A DNA stretch of 64,000 nucleotides. Source: Mobula hypostoma (lineage: Eukaryota). The notes beneath the pieces were generated by a model. That model did no database searches. It was not told the DNA's origin and worked only from the letters and a program-made list of their open reading frames with translations. Made by a program: the position numbers and the translations under genes. The DNA is taken from the NCBI RefSeq assembly GCF_963921235.1, contig NC_086101.1, positions 11,720,001-11,784,000 on the forward strand. The letters are read 5' to 3'. Shown piece after piece: positions 37,655 to 50,024 of this stretch. Positions within the stretch are counted from its first letter, which is position 1, and every line of letters begins with the position of its first letter.

Positions 37655-39845
37655 AGGGAGATTTCAGTGATCATTTTGGTAGCAGTATACATTCCACCTC
37701 AGGCCGATGTCAAACTGTGTGGGGAGTGGCACACCACACAGTCTCTCGTTCCGCGCCTTGCAGGGCATGAAAATGCCCGACACTGGACGCTTCGGCCTGA
37801 GTTGACGTCATCATCTTCACCATCACCCAATGTCAAACAGGCTTTAGATGTTCTGAGCAATGGGATCAACATGCATGAAACAGCACATCCTGATGCCTTC
37901 ACCATCATTTTGGGGGATTTTAACCAGGCCAGCCTGAAAAAAAAATCACTATCAAAACATCACTTGTAATACCAGAAGAAACAACACACTCGACTACTGC
38001 TACACCACCATCAAGAATGCCGACCATGCTTTTCCATACCCACACTTCAGAAAGTCTGATCTCCTGGCTGTACTTCTACTCCCTAAGACTGAAGATTGCA
38101 GCACCAGTAGTGAGAACCATGAAGGTATGGACAAGGGAAGTACAGGAGTGCTTACAAGACCGCTTTGAATCGGTGGACTGGACTGTATTCAGGAATTCAT
38201 CTTCAAATCTGGATGACCATGGCACAATGCGATGAGTTTGTGCCAACAAAAACTTACTGTGCATTCCCAAACCAAAAGCCATGGATGAAACATGAGGTAC
38301 ATCGTCAGCTGAGGGCAAGATCTGTGGAATTTAAGTCAAGTGATGCAGGTCTGTGCAAGAAAACCAGGTATGACTTGCGGAGAGCCATTTCAAGGGTGAA
38401 GAAACAATCTTAAATGAGGTTGGAGGTGACATCGGCTGCACAACTCTGGCGGGGATTTGCAGGATATTACTTCCCACAAAACGAAACCCAATAGCATGAA
38501 TGGTAGTGATGTTTCACTACCAGATGAGCTCAACGCTTTCTAGGTCTGCTTTGAAAGGGAGAATATAACTACAGCTGTGAAGATCCCTGCTGCACCCGAT
38601 GACCCTGTGACCTCTGTCTTGGAGGCCGATGTTAGGCTCTCTTTAAGGCAGTTGAAACCTTGCAAAATGGCAGGACCCGATGGAGTACCAGGTAAGGCTC
38701 TGAAGACATGTCCCAACTAACTGGCTGACGTATTCAAGGGCATTTTCAACTTCTCACTGCTATGGGCAGAAGTTCTCACCTGCTTCAAATCATACCAGTG
38801 CCAAAGAAGAGTAGTGTGAGCTACCTTAATGACCATCGCCCAGTAGTACTCACATCTACAGTGATCAATTACTTTGAAAGGTTGCTCATGCCTAAAATAA
38901 ACTCCTGACTCTGCAAGGACCTGGAACCACTGCAATTTGCCTATTGTCGTAATAGGTCTGTGGCAGACGCAATCTCAATGGATCTTCACACGGCTTTAGA
39001 TCACCTGGATAATGCAAACACCTATGTCAGGATGCTGTTCATTGACTATAACTCAGCATTTAACACCATCATGCCCACAATCCTGATCAATAAGTTACAG
39101 AACCTGGTCCTCTGTACCTCCCTGTGCAATTGGATCCTTGACTTCCTAATCAGAAGACCACAATCTGTGCAGATTGGTGATAATAACTCCTCCTTGCTGA
39201 CAATCAACACTGGTGCACCACAGGGGTGTGTGCTTAGCCCACTGCTCTACTCTCTCTATACTCATGACTGTGTGGTCAGGTATTGCTTGAATACCATCTA
39301 TGAATTTGCTGATGATACAACCATTGTTGGCAGAATCGCAAATGGAGGTGAGAGGGCGTACAGGAGTGAGATATATCAGCTAGTTGAGTGGTGTCATGGC
39401 AGCAACCTCACACTCAATGTCAACAAGACGAAAGAGGATTGTGGACTTCAGGAAGGGTAAGACAAGAGGGCATGAAGCAATCCTCAGAGAGGTATCAGAA
39501 GTGGAGAGATTGTGGGTATCAAGATCTTTGAGGATCTAACCTGGTCCCAATGTATCAATGGAGCTATAAAGAAGGTAAGACCACAGTTTTACTTCATTAG
39601 CAGTTTGACAAGATTTGGATTGTCAACTAAAACACTCGAAAACTTCTATAAATGTACCATAGAGAGCATTCTGACAGGCTGCATCACTGTCTGGTATGGG
39701 GATGGTGGGGGAAGGGGCGGTACTGCACAGGGCCGAAAGAAGTAAAAGAGAGTTGCAAAATTATTTTGCTCCATCTTGGGTATTAGCCTCTGTAGTACCC
39801 AAGGCACCTTCAAGGAGCAGTGCTTCAAAAAGATGACATCCATTA
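37655..39845 (+). mobile_element. Rex1/Babar-like LINE (APE end to RT C-terminus)
   Basis: [48 protein letters not shown]. Confidence 0.87.
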
Positions 39846-39849
39846 TACG

Positions 39850-40790
39850 AACTTAAGAAAAAGGAGCAGGAGTTGGCATCCGGCCCATTGAGCCAGCTCC
39901 ACCATGGCTAATCTGACCAAGGACTTATCTCCACCGACCTGCCTTTTCCCCATAACCCCTAATTCCCCTACTGTGCAAAAATCTATTTTCAATATATTTA
40001 CTGAGGTAGCCTCCACAGCTTAATTGGGCAGAGAATTCCACAGATTCACCAATCTCTGGGAAAAACAGTTTCTCCTCATCTCTGTCCTAAATCTTCTCCC
40101 CGATTCTTGAGGCTTTGTCCCCTAGTTCTAGTCTCACCTACCAGCGGAAACAGCTTTCCTGCCTCTATTGTATCTACCCCTTTCATAATTTTATATGTTT
40201 CTACAAGATCTCCTCTCATTCTTCTGAATTCCAGCGAGTACAATCCCAGGTGACTCAATCTCTCCCTCATCTCTGGAATCAACCTGGTGAACCTCCTCTG
40301 CATCACCTCCAAAGCCAGTAGTACATCCTTCCTCAAGTATGGAGACCAGAACTGCACACAGATTCCAGGTGCGGCCTCACCAGTACCCTGTACTGTTGCA
40401 GCATAACCTCCCTGCTCTTAAATTCAATCCCTCTGGCAATGAAGGCCAACATTCCATTTGCCTTTGGCACACGTTGCACCTGCAAACCAACCTTTTCTGA
40501 TTCATGCACAAGCACGCTCCATTATCTGACGTCCCCCCTTCCCTCTCCTGTCAGTCACCCTTTTATCTATCACCTATAGCCCTGTAGCTCCTGTCTATCG
40601 CTGCCTCACTTTCTCTAACAAACCGAAGGTCAACGAGCTGCAGCTCCAGTCCCACAGCCTCTAAGGAGCTGCATCTCGATGCATCTGGTGCAGGTGAGGC
40701 CATCGGGGAGGCTGGAAGTCTCCCGGAAATCCCACATCTGACGCCCAGAACAGAACAACCTCTCAAGGGCAGCCAGGTGAGCATACAAGT
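39850..40790 (-). mobile_element. CR1 fragments (3' RT end and ORF1 piece)
   Basis: QFWSPYLRKD..RRFTRLIPEM; MWDFRETSSLPDGLTCTRC. Confidence 0.78.
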
Positions 40791-41483
40791 GACAGTGTAC
40801 ACATTCCAAAAATAAACTAACCATTGCAAAAGAGTTCGACATTTGCAACATTTTCATCTGTTGTTCCTGCATTTTCAGCATTACCTGTACCGCTTTTCTA
40901 GGGTTGCTGGGGATCCAGCGCTGTGAAATTACAGATGATCGCTCGGATCACCAGCCCCATCTACCGGTAATAAGTGGCATTACGGCGAAATAGAAACGCT
41001 CTGGGGGCAAATTACCCTTTCAATGTCGGGCGCAATGCAGATGTCAGCGGATCGAATTCCCCCTCTAGGCATTCCTGGTTTGGTGGAGAATGAGATAAGG
41101 ATGAATCCCACATCCAGACTCGGGAAGAGATGGTAGATAAAACGGGAGATTTCAATTATAGCTGTCGGACAATTAGAAAGGGGGGAAATCGATGTTTTAG
41201 AATCAGAATCAGTGTCCGGTTTAATATCACTGGCAACTACACTCTTGACAACTGCACACGAGTAATGCCGAATTTGCTCGATTTGTGTCCACGTACTATC
41301 CAAAGACCGTGCACAAACATACATTTCTCTTTTATTTTAACCACACATCAGTAAACCCTGATGTTTTCAGACACATTGAAGGTAGTAACAATTTCCAAAG
41401 TTCTCACTGCTTTAATGACCACATGTTCCAGGGCGCCTTTCCTGCTTTCGAGACTTTTGTTCATCAGTATTGTTGTCACTCTT

Positions 41484-44400
41484 GTGTTACACAGTGACAG
41501 CCCTCTGCCCGCCCGTACTGTACCCAGTGTTATACAGTGACGGCCCTCTGCCCGCCCGTACTGTACCCAGTGTTACACAGTGACGGCCCTCTGCCCGCCC
41601 GTACTGTACCCCGTGTTACACAGTGACGGCCCTCTGCCCGCCCGTACTGTACCCCGTGTTACACAGTGACGGCCCTCTGCCCGCCCGTACTGTACCCAGT
41701 GTTACACAGTGACAGCCCTCTGCCCGCCCGTACTGTACCCAGTGTTACACAGTGACGGCCCTCTGCCCGCCCGTACTGTACCCCGTGTTACACAGTGACG
41801 GCCCTCTGCCCGCCCGTACTGTACCCAGTGTTATACAGTGACAGCCCTCTGCCCGCCCGTACTGTACCCGGTGTTATACAGTGACGGCCCTCTGCCCGCC
41901 CGTACTGTACCCAGTGTTATACAGTGACGGCCCTCTGCCCGCCCGTACTGTACCCGGTGTTACACAGTGACGGCCCTCTGCCCGCCCGTACTGTACCCCG
42001 TGTTACACAGTGACGGCCCTCTGCCCGCCCGTACTGTACCCAGTGTTACACAGTGACAGCCCTCTGCCCGCCCGTACTGTACCCAGTGTTACACAGTGAC
42101 GGCCCTCTGCCCGCCCGTACTGTACCCAGTGTTATACAGTGACGGCCCTCTGCCCGCCCGTACTGTACCCCGTGTTACACAGTGACGGCCCTCTGCCCGC
42201 CCGTACTGTACCCAGTGTTATACAGTGACGGCCCTCTGCCCGCCCGTACTGTACCCCGTGTTACACAGTGACGGCCCTCTGCCCGCCCGTACTGTACCCA
42301 GTGTTATACAGTGACAGCCCTCTGCCCGCCCGTACTGTACCCAGTGTTACACAGTGACGGCCCTCTGCCCGCCCGTACTGTACCCCGTGTTACACAGTGA
42401 CGGCCCTCTGCCCGCCCGTACTGTACCCCGTGTTACACAGTGACAGCCCTCTGTCCGCCCGTACTGTACCCAGTGTTACACAGTGACGGCCCTCTGCCCG
42501 CCCGTACTGTACCCAGTGTTACACAGTGACAGCCCTCTGTCCGCCCGCACTGTACCCAGTGTTATACAGTGACGGCCCTCTGCCCGCCCGTACTGTACCC
42601 AGTGTTACACAGTGACGGCCCTCTGCCCGCCCGCACTGTACCCAGTGTTACACAGTGACGGCCCTCTGCCCGCCCGCACTGTACCCAGTGTTACACAGTG
42701 ACGGCCCTCTGCCCGCCCGCACTGTACCCAGTGTTACACAGTGACGGCCCTCTGCCCGCCCGTACTGTACCCAGTGTTATACAGTGACAGCCCTCTGCCC
42801 GCCCGTACTGTACCCAGTGTTACACAGTGACGGCCCTCTGCCCGCCCGTACTGTACCCAGTGTTATACAGTGACAGCCCTCTGCCCGCCCGTACTGTACC
42901 CCGTGTTATACAGTGACGGCCCTCTGCCCGCCCGTACTGTACCCCGTGTTATACAGTGACAGCCCTCTGCCCGCCCGTACTGTACCCCGTGTTACACAGC
43001 GACGGCCCTCTGCCCGCCCGTACTGTACCCAGTGTTATACAGTGACAGCCCTCTGTCCGCCCGTACTGTACCCAGTGTTACACAGTGACGGCCCTCTGCC
43101 CGCCCGTACTGTACCCAGTGTTATACAGTGACAGCCCTCTGCCCGCCCGTACTGTACCCCGTGTTACACAGTGACGGCCCTCTGCCCGCCCGTACTGTAC
43201 CCAGTGTTATACAGTGACAGCCCTCTGCCCGCCCGTACTGTACCCCGTGTTACACAGTGACGGCCCTCTGCCCGCCCGTACTGTACCCAGTGTTATACAG
43301 TGACGGCCCTCTGCCCGCCCGTACTGTGCCCAGTGTTACACAGTGACGGCCCTCTGCCCGCCCGTACTGTACCCCGTGTTACACAGTGACGGCCCTCTGC
43401 CCGCCCGTACTGTGCCCAGTGTTACACAGTGACGGCCCTCTGCCCGCCCGCACTGTACCCAGTGTTACACAGTGACGGCCCTCTGCCCGCCCGTACTGTA
43501 CCCAGTGTTATACAGTGACGGCCCTCTGCCTGCCCGTACTGTACCCAGTGTTACACAGTGACGGCCCTCTGCCCGCCCGTACTGTACCCAGTGTTACACA
43601 GTGACGGCCCTCTGCCCGCCCGTACTGTACCCAGTGTTACACAGTGACAGCCCTCTGCCCGCCCGCACTGTACCCAGTGTTACACAGTGACGGCCCTCTG
43701 CCCGCCCGTACTGTACCCAGTGTTACACAGTGACGGCCCTCTGCCCGCCCGCACTGTACCCCGTGTTACACAGTGACGGCCCTCTGCCCGCCCGTACTGT
43801 ACCCAGTGTTACACAGTGACGGCCCTCTGCCCGCCCGCACTGTACCCCGTGTTACACAGTGACGGCCCTCTGCCCGCCCGTACTGTACCCAGTGTTATAC
43901 AGTGACGGCCCTCTGCCCGCCCGTACTGTACCCCGTGTTATACAGTGACGGCCCTCTGCCCGCCCGTACTGTACCCCGTGTTATACAGTGACGGCCCTCT
44001 GCCCGCCCGTACTGTACCCCGTGTTACACAGTGACGGCCCTCTGCCCGCCCGTACTGTACCCAGTGTTACACAGTGACGGCCCTCTGCCCGCCCGTACTG
44101 TACCCCGTGTTACACAGTGACGGCCCTCTGCCCGCCCGTACTGTACCCCGTGTTACACAGTGACGGCCCTCTGCCCGCCCGTACTGTACCCAGTGTTACA
44201 CAGTGACAGCCCTCTGCCCGCCCGTACTGTACCCCGTGTTATACAGTGACGGCCCTCTGCCCGCCCGTACTGTACCCAGTGTTACACAGTGACAGCCCTC
44301 TGTCCGCCCGTACTGTACCCAGTGTTATACAGTGACAGCCCTCTGCCCGCCCGTACTGTACCCAGTGTTACACAGTGACAGCCCTCTGCCCGCCCGTACT

Positions 44401-45270
44401 GTACCCAGTGTTATACAGTGACAGCCCTCTGCCCGCCCGTACTGTACCCAGTGTTACACAGTGACAGCCCTCTGCCCGCCCGTACTGTACCCAGTGTTAT
44501 ACAGTGACAGCCCTCTGCCCGCCCGTACTGTACCCCGTGTTACACAGTGACAGCCCTCTGCCTGCCCGTACTGTACCCAGTGTTATACAGTGACAGCCCT
44601 CTGCCTGCCCGTACTGTACCCAGTGTTACACAGTGACAGCCCTCTGCCTGCCCGTACTGTACCCAGTGTTATACAGTGACAGCCCTCTGCCCGCCCGTAC
44701 TGTACCCCGTGTTATACAGTGACAGCCCTCTGCCCGCCCGTACTGTACCCCGTGTTATACAGTGACAGCCCTCTGCCCGCCCGTACTGTACCCAGTGTTA
44801 CACAGTGACAGCCCTCTGCCCGCCCGTACTGTACCCCGTGTTATACAGTGACAGCCCTCTGCCCGCCCGTACTGTACCCAGTGTTATACAGTGACAGCCC
44901 TCTGCCCGCCCGTACTGTACCCAGTGTTACACAGTGACAGCCCTCTGTCCGCCCGTACTGTACCCAGTGTTATACAGTGACAGCCCTCTGCCGGCCCGTA
45001 CTGTACCCCGTGTTATACAGTGACAGCCCTCTGCCTGCCCGTACTGTACCCAGTGTTATACAGTGACAGCCCTCTGGCCGCCCGTACTGTACCCAGTGTT
45101 ATACAGTGACAGCCCTCTGCCCGCCCGTACCGTACTCAGTGTTACACAGTGACAGCCCTCTGCCCGCCCGTACTGTACCCCGTGTTATACAGTGACAGCC
45201 CTCTGCCCGCCCGTACTGTACCCCGTGTTATACAGTGACAGCCCTCTGCCCGCCCGTACTGTACCCCAGT
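41484..45270. repeat. Minisatellite, 43-bp unit GTGTTAYACAGTGACRGCCCTCTGCCCGCCCGTACTGTACCCM, about 88 copies
   Basis: Direct tandem periodicity of 43 (e.g. CCCTCTG at 41501 and 41544); degenerate copies continue to about 45440. Confidence 0.98.
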
Positions 45271-46746
45271 TTTATAGTGTCACAACCCACTTCCTACAGT
45301 ACTGTACCCCAGAATTATACAACAGTAACCCTATTCATAACAGTACTGTACACTAATGTTATGCAGTGACAGACCTGCCCCCCACCAATACTGCACCCCA
45401 GTGTAATACCGTGACTGACCTGTCCCCACCAGTACTGTATGCACTTTCTGCCCTCCCTCAGTTTAGCCTGTTCTTACATTATGATGAATATAAGAAATAG
45501 ATGTGGTGAGACTTCAATATCTCACTTCATCTCTGCGTATCCGACACTTTCTGGTACAAAATCTTTATCGTCATCCCTTAATATATTTTTAAAAATAATT
45601 TATGCTCCGTTTTCAATATACTCAGCAGCTAAACCTCCACATTTCTGCAGAGAGAAAAGTCAAAAGATCTCTGTAACCTCAGCTGAAGTCTAGATACTGC
45701 TGAAGGCTGGACAGAGTGGACATTTCCATCGGTGGGAAATCCGAGGGCACAGTCTCATAACAGAGAGACGTTCCATTTAACCTAAGATGAAGAGGAATTT
45801 CTAACGACAGAGTCGGCAAATATGTGCTGCAAAGAGCAGTGTGTGTACTTACGGCAAAGATTGATAGGTTTTTGGTTGGTGCGGGGGAGGGCTGTTTAAG
45901 CGATAACGGAGAGAAGGCGGGAGAATGTGGTTCTAAAAATCAACGATGGCTGAATGGCGGAACAAACTCAATGCCTTAGTCACATAATTCTGCTCCTGTA
46001 TATTATACTTTTATGAACTAATAATACAGATTAATCTCTCATTTCACGATAACCCTAATCTCTGCCATCAATCCACCTAATCTTGATTTGCTTTATTGTC
46101 AGATTTGTTTGCCGTGTTGTCACCACCTTCCTTGCGTGCAATTGGTTGGATTTTGAAGCAGACTGTTTGTGATTCGTGCGGCAACATGTCAGTCAAAGGA
46201 TTCTGAATCAGGTAATGCTGAGAGTTAACATGGTATCGGAACAGCAGGCTGAGAGCTGGACCGAGGAAGCGACCTGTCCGGTATCACTGGAGTTTGAGCA
46301 CAACTTCCGCCCCTTCTATATCACACGGTGTTGCGGAGAGAGACTTCTGCCTGGAATGTAGGGAGGAGTTCATGGGAAAGAACCCCAGAGCAAATTGAGC
46401 CTTAATGAGGCTGGCCGAAAAAGATCAAATTTTAAACCGGAGTCCACCACAGAAGGAAAATATATTCCTCGTCGAGAAACATCGAGAGCAACTGAAGCTG
46501 TTTTGTGAAACTAACAAAGAACTTCTGTCTGTGATCTGTAGAGATGCGCAGGTACGCAGGGCGCACCGCTTCCTGCCGATTAAATAAACTGCTGAATTCT
46601 ACAAGGTAAAAAGGCGACATGATTAACCTCATACATTTTTATTCTCTAATACTGTTCTTCCATGATCTCCTACACATCCCAGGATCAGATCGCTCATACA
46701 GAAGAAACTGGCCATTGTCGAAATGGAGCGGCAGCAGAAAACGATT

Positions 46747-47345
46747 ACACGAGAAAATCTGGAGATGCTGGAAATTCAAGCAACACACACAAAATGCTGG
46801 TGGAACACAGCAGGCCAGGCAGCATCTCTAGGAAGAGGTACAGTCGACGTTTCGGACAGAGACCCTTCGTCAGGACTAACTGAAAAAAGAGATAGTAAGA
46901 GATTTGAGAGGGGGAGGGGGAGATCCAAAATGATAGGAGAAGACAGGAGGGGGAGGGATGGAGCCAAGAGCTGGAAAGTTGATTGGCAAAAGGGTTACCA
47001 GACTGAAGAAGGGAGAGGATCATGGGACGGGAAGCCTGGGGAGAGAGAGAAAGGGGGAGGGGAGCCCAGAGGGTGGAGAGCAGGCAAGGAGTTATAGTGA
47101 GAGAGACAGAGGGAGAAAAAAGAGAGAAATAAAGGGAAATTTTAAAAATATATTAAATGAATAAGAGATGGGGTATGAAGGGGAGGAGGGGCATTAACAG
47201 AAGTTAGAGAAGTCAATATTCATGCCATCAGGTTGGAGGCTACCCAGATGGAATATAAGGTGTTGTTCCTCCAACCTGAGTGTGGCTTCACCTTGACAGT
47301 AGAGGAGGCCATGGGTAGACTTATCAGAATGGGAATGGGATGTGA
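46747..47345 (-). mobile_element. Penelope-like element inserted in pseudogene exon 2
   Basis: GIY-YIG C-terminal remnant at about 47195-47344, pLTR with hammerhead; imperfect TSD AAAACGATT/AAAACAATT. Confidence 0.85.
46842..46877 (-). ncRNA. Minimal type I hammerhead ribozyme motif (Penelope pLTR)
   Basis: AGTC-CTGACGA-AGGGTCTCTGTCC-GAAA-CG-TC-GACT; intact core and GUC triplet. Confidence 0.68.
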
Positions 47346-47469
47346 AAAACAATTTCTGGGATTCAGGTAAGCCTCCCCGTCTGACTGTCTGGAATCTGTT
47401 GTTTTATCTCAGCTATTACATTATACACCAATTTGGAACACACAGAGCAGTTAGAAATTGACAGGTAAG

Positions 47470-48480
47470 ACATTGGCATCACGGAGTCATCTCTGAACAA
47501 AGATCACAGTTAAACATCCAAGGGTGTACATTGTATACAAACGAAAAACAGGCAGACAGAGGGGGTGGAGATGCTCTATTGGTAAAGCAAAATGAAATCT
47601 TCAAGAGAAAACCTTTACCAAGAAGTATTGCAAGATCAGAAGATATAGAATGCTGTGGGTAGAGTTAGGAAATTATAAAGGTAATGGGAGTTATATATTT
47701 GCTTTGATTCACATTAGGGCAGGGTTTCCAACCTGGGGTCCACAGAGCCCTTGGTTAATGCGTAATGTAAGAGTGTACAGCTGTGCACACTGGGAGGAAG
47801 AATGAAGTTGTAGACAATTTTTTTAAATGAGGAGAGAATTCAGAAATCAGAGGTGCAAAGGGACTTGGGAAGACTCCCTAAAGGTTACCTTGCAGGTCGA
47901 GTCGGTGGTAAGGAAGGAAAATGCATTGTTAGCATTCATTTCAACAAGACTAGGATATGAAAGCAAGGATGTAATGCCGAGTCTTTATAAGGCATTGGCC
48001 AAACTGTGAGTAGTTTTAGGCCCCTTATTTAAGAAGGAATTTGCTGACATTGGAGAGAGTCCAGAGCAGATTTGTGACAGTGATTCCCATGATGAAAATG
48101 GCTAAAATATCAGGAGTATTTGACTGCTCTGGGTCTGTACTCCAGGAGCTTTGAAAGATCACATTGAAACCTACCGAATGTTGAAAGGCCTGGATGGAGC
48201 GGAATTGCAGGGAATGGCTCCAGCGGTGAGGGAGTCTAGGATCAGAGGGCACAACTTCAGAACACAAGTACATCCCTTTAGAAGAGAGTTAAGAAGAAAT
48301 TTTGTTAGCCAGAGGGTGGTGAATCTGTGGAATCCATTGCCACAAATGGGTATGGAGGCCAAGTCATTGGGTATATTTAAAGCAGAAGTTAATAGGTTCT
48401 TGATTAGTTAGGGTGCCAGAGGTTATGGGGAGCAGGCAGGAGAATGGGGCTGAGGAACAAAAGTAAATCAGCCATGATCA
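47470..48480 (+). mobile_element. CR1 fragments (APE piece + 3' end)
   Basis: IGITES..LNIQG; IETYRMLKGLD..RVVNLWNPLPQ. Confidence 0.75.
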
Positions 48481-49534
48481 GATACTATGAGATAACATTA
48501 GATGACCAATTTTTTTTCAGAAGTGTTGCTTCCTCAGATTTTTTAAATTTATGATTGATCACATGAAGCTGAATACAAATATCAGATTCTTGCATCATGT
48601 AGGAATTTGGAGAAACAAGGAATTAACTTTTATTGACTGCAATGCATTTAATTGCATAGTGGTGCTGACGTTTTGCAAAAGTTCAATTGAGCTAAAAATA
48701 TTTTGTTGATGATTTTCATTTGTACACAGTGTCTGAGGCTTCTCACATAAGTGTCCAAGAATAATCAGCCAGTATTGAGAGATTCCAGTTGCCCCAAAAA
48801 CCTTAAAAACAAGAGGCATAGGGTTAAGGTGAGAAGTAAGGAAATTAGTAGGGAATTGTTTTCATGTGGAGGGTGACTGAGATCTAAAACACCATCTAGA
48901 TCTATAGACCATGGTAAGGCAGATACCATCACAGTGTTTAATGAATATCCAGACAATCACTGGAAACACTAAGCCACAGAAACCCATATACCAACCACTG
49001 GCAATTGGATTCATATAGATGTAGTCACAAAGACTTTGTTAGAACTTTAAGAAGATTTGGTATGTCACCAAAAACTCTTTGAAACTTCTACAATGGAGCG
49101 TGTCCTGTCCAGTCGTATGTCATGGGGATTCCACTGCAGAGGGTTGCAGGAGGCTGCGGAGGACAGTAGACTCAGCCAGATCCATCACGGGCACGATCCT
49201 CCCCACCGTCACAGACGTTTCCAAGAGACGGTGCCTCAAGCAGGTGGCATCCATCACCAACAACCCTCACCATGGTCCAATGCCCTCTTCTCATTACCAA
49301 CAGAGAGCCTGATAATCCACTTTCAACATTTCAATAAGAGCCTCTTCCCCTCCGCCATCAAAGAACCCAAACACACTACACCCTTCTTTTACTTTGCACT
49401 GTTTATTTATTCTGCAGTTGATGGTAGTTTTATATTTCTGCACTGGACTGCTATTGCAAAGCAGAAACAAATGTTCACCATAAGGCAATGATAATAAAGC
49501 TGATTCTGATTCAGACTCTGGGGTACTTTATAAG

Positions 49535-50024
49535 CAGACATCCCACCCTGCAAAAACTCATTTCAGGGAGGTAGCACCATCAATTTGCGGGAGACTCCCG
49601 GAACTTCCGGGAGAGGTGGGATGTCTGCAATAGAGTACCTCCTTAGCAGCCAGCCAGCTAGTTTAAATAATGTTAGCTATGCTAATGAACGAATGACAGC
49701 TGTTAAACTCACCTCAACGTGTCTTTTACAGTCTTAACCTACCATGGGCAATAGAAAAGGCACTGTTGCAAACAGTGCAGCGAGCAACACTGTCATTATT
49801 TTGACCCCTACTAGGCAGGGGTACACTTCAATGTAGTCTGGGGTGACGTACATTTTATATATTTTTTGGAACACTCTGCCATGGCGCGCTCTCGCTCTCG
49901 CGCTCTCTCTCTCTCGCGCTCAAAAAAATTGATTTCCGTGATATTGTATATAATTTGCGGGCATCAGGGAGCCAATATTAATATGGGGGAGACTCCTGGA
50001 ACTTCCGGGAGAGGTGGGATGTCT
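49535..50024. mobile_element. Non-autonomous DNA transposon/MITE with 12-bp TIR AGACATCCCACC
   Basis: AGACATCCCACC at left; GGTGGGATGTCT at about 49615-49626 and 50013-50024. Confidence 0.7.

Larger units (their letters stand above)
46230..47366 (+). pseudogene. Inverted TRIM pseudogene (exons 1-2 only recognisable)
   Basis: MVSEQQAESWTEEATCP-VSLEFEHNF: RING partly deleted, Cys lost, frameshifts and stops. B-box remnant EKHREQLKLFCETNKELLSVICRDAQ. Donor AAG|GTAAA at 46605. Intron 1 resembles that of A. Exon 2 (46683-47366) is split by a Penelope-like insertion and ends ATTCAG|GTAAG. Confidence 0.88.

Noticed and set aside
41345..41475. C/D-box snoRNA candidate on the minus strand (TGATGA...CTGA)
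   Set aside because: Imperfect C box, no convincing terminal stem and no recognisable guide
42913..43131. 72-aa repetitive ORF
   Set aside because: Chance open frame in a 43-bp (non-triplet) tandem repeat
41484..45270. CRISPR-like array
   Set aside because: Units are contiguous with no unique spacers, there are no cas genes, and the context is eukaryotic
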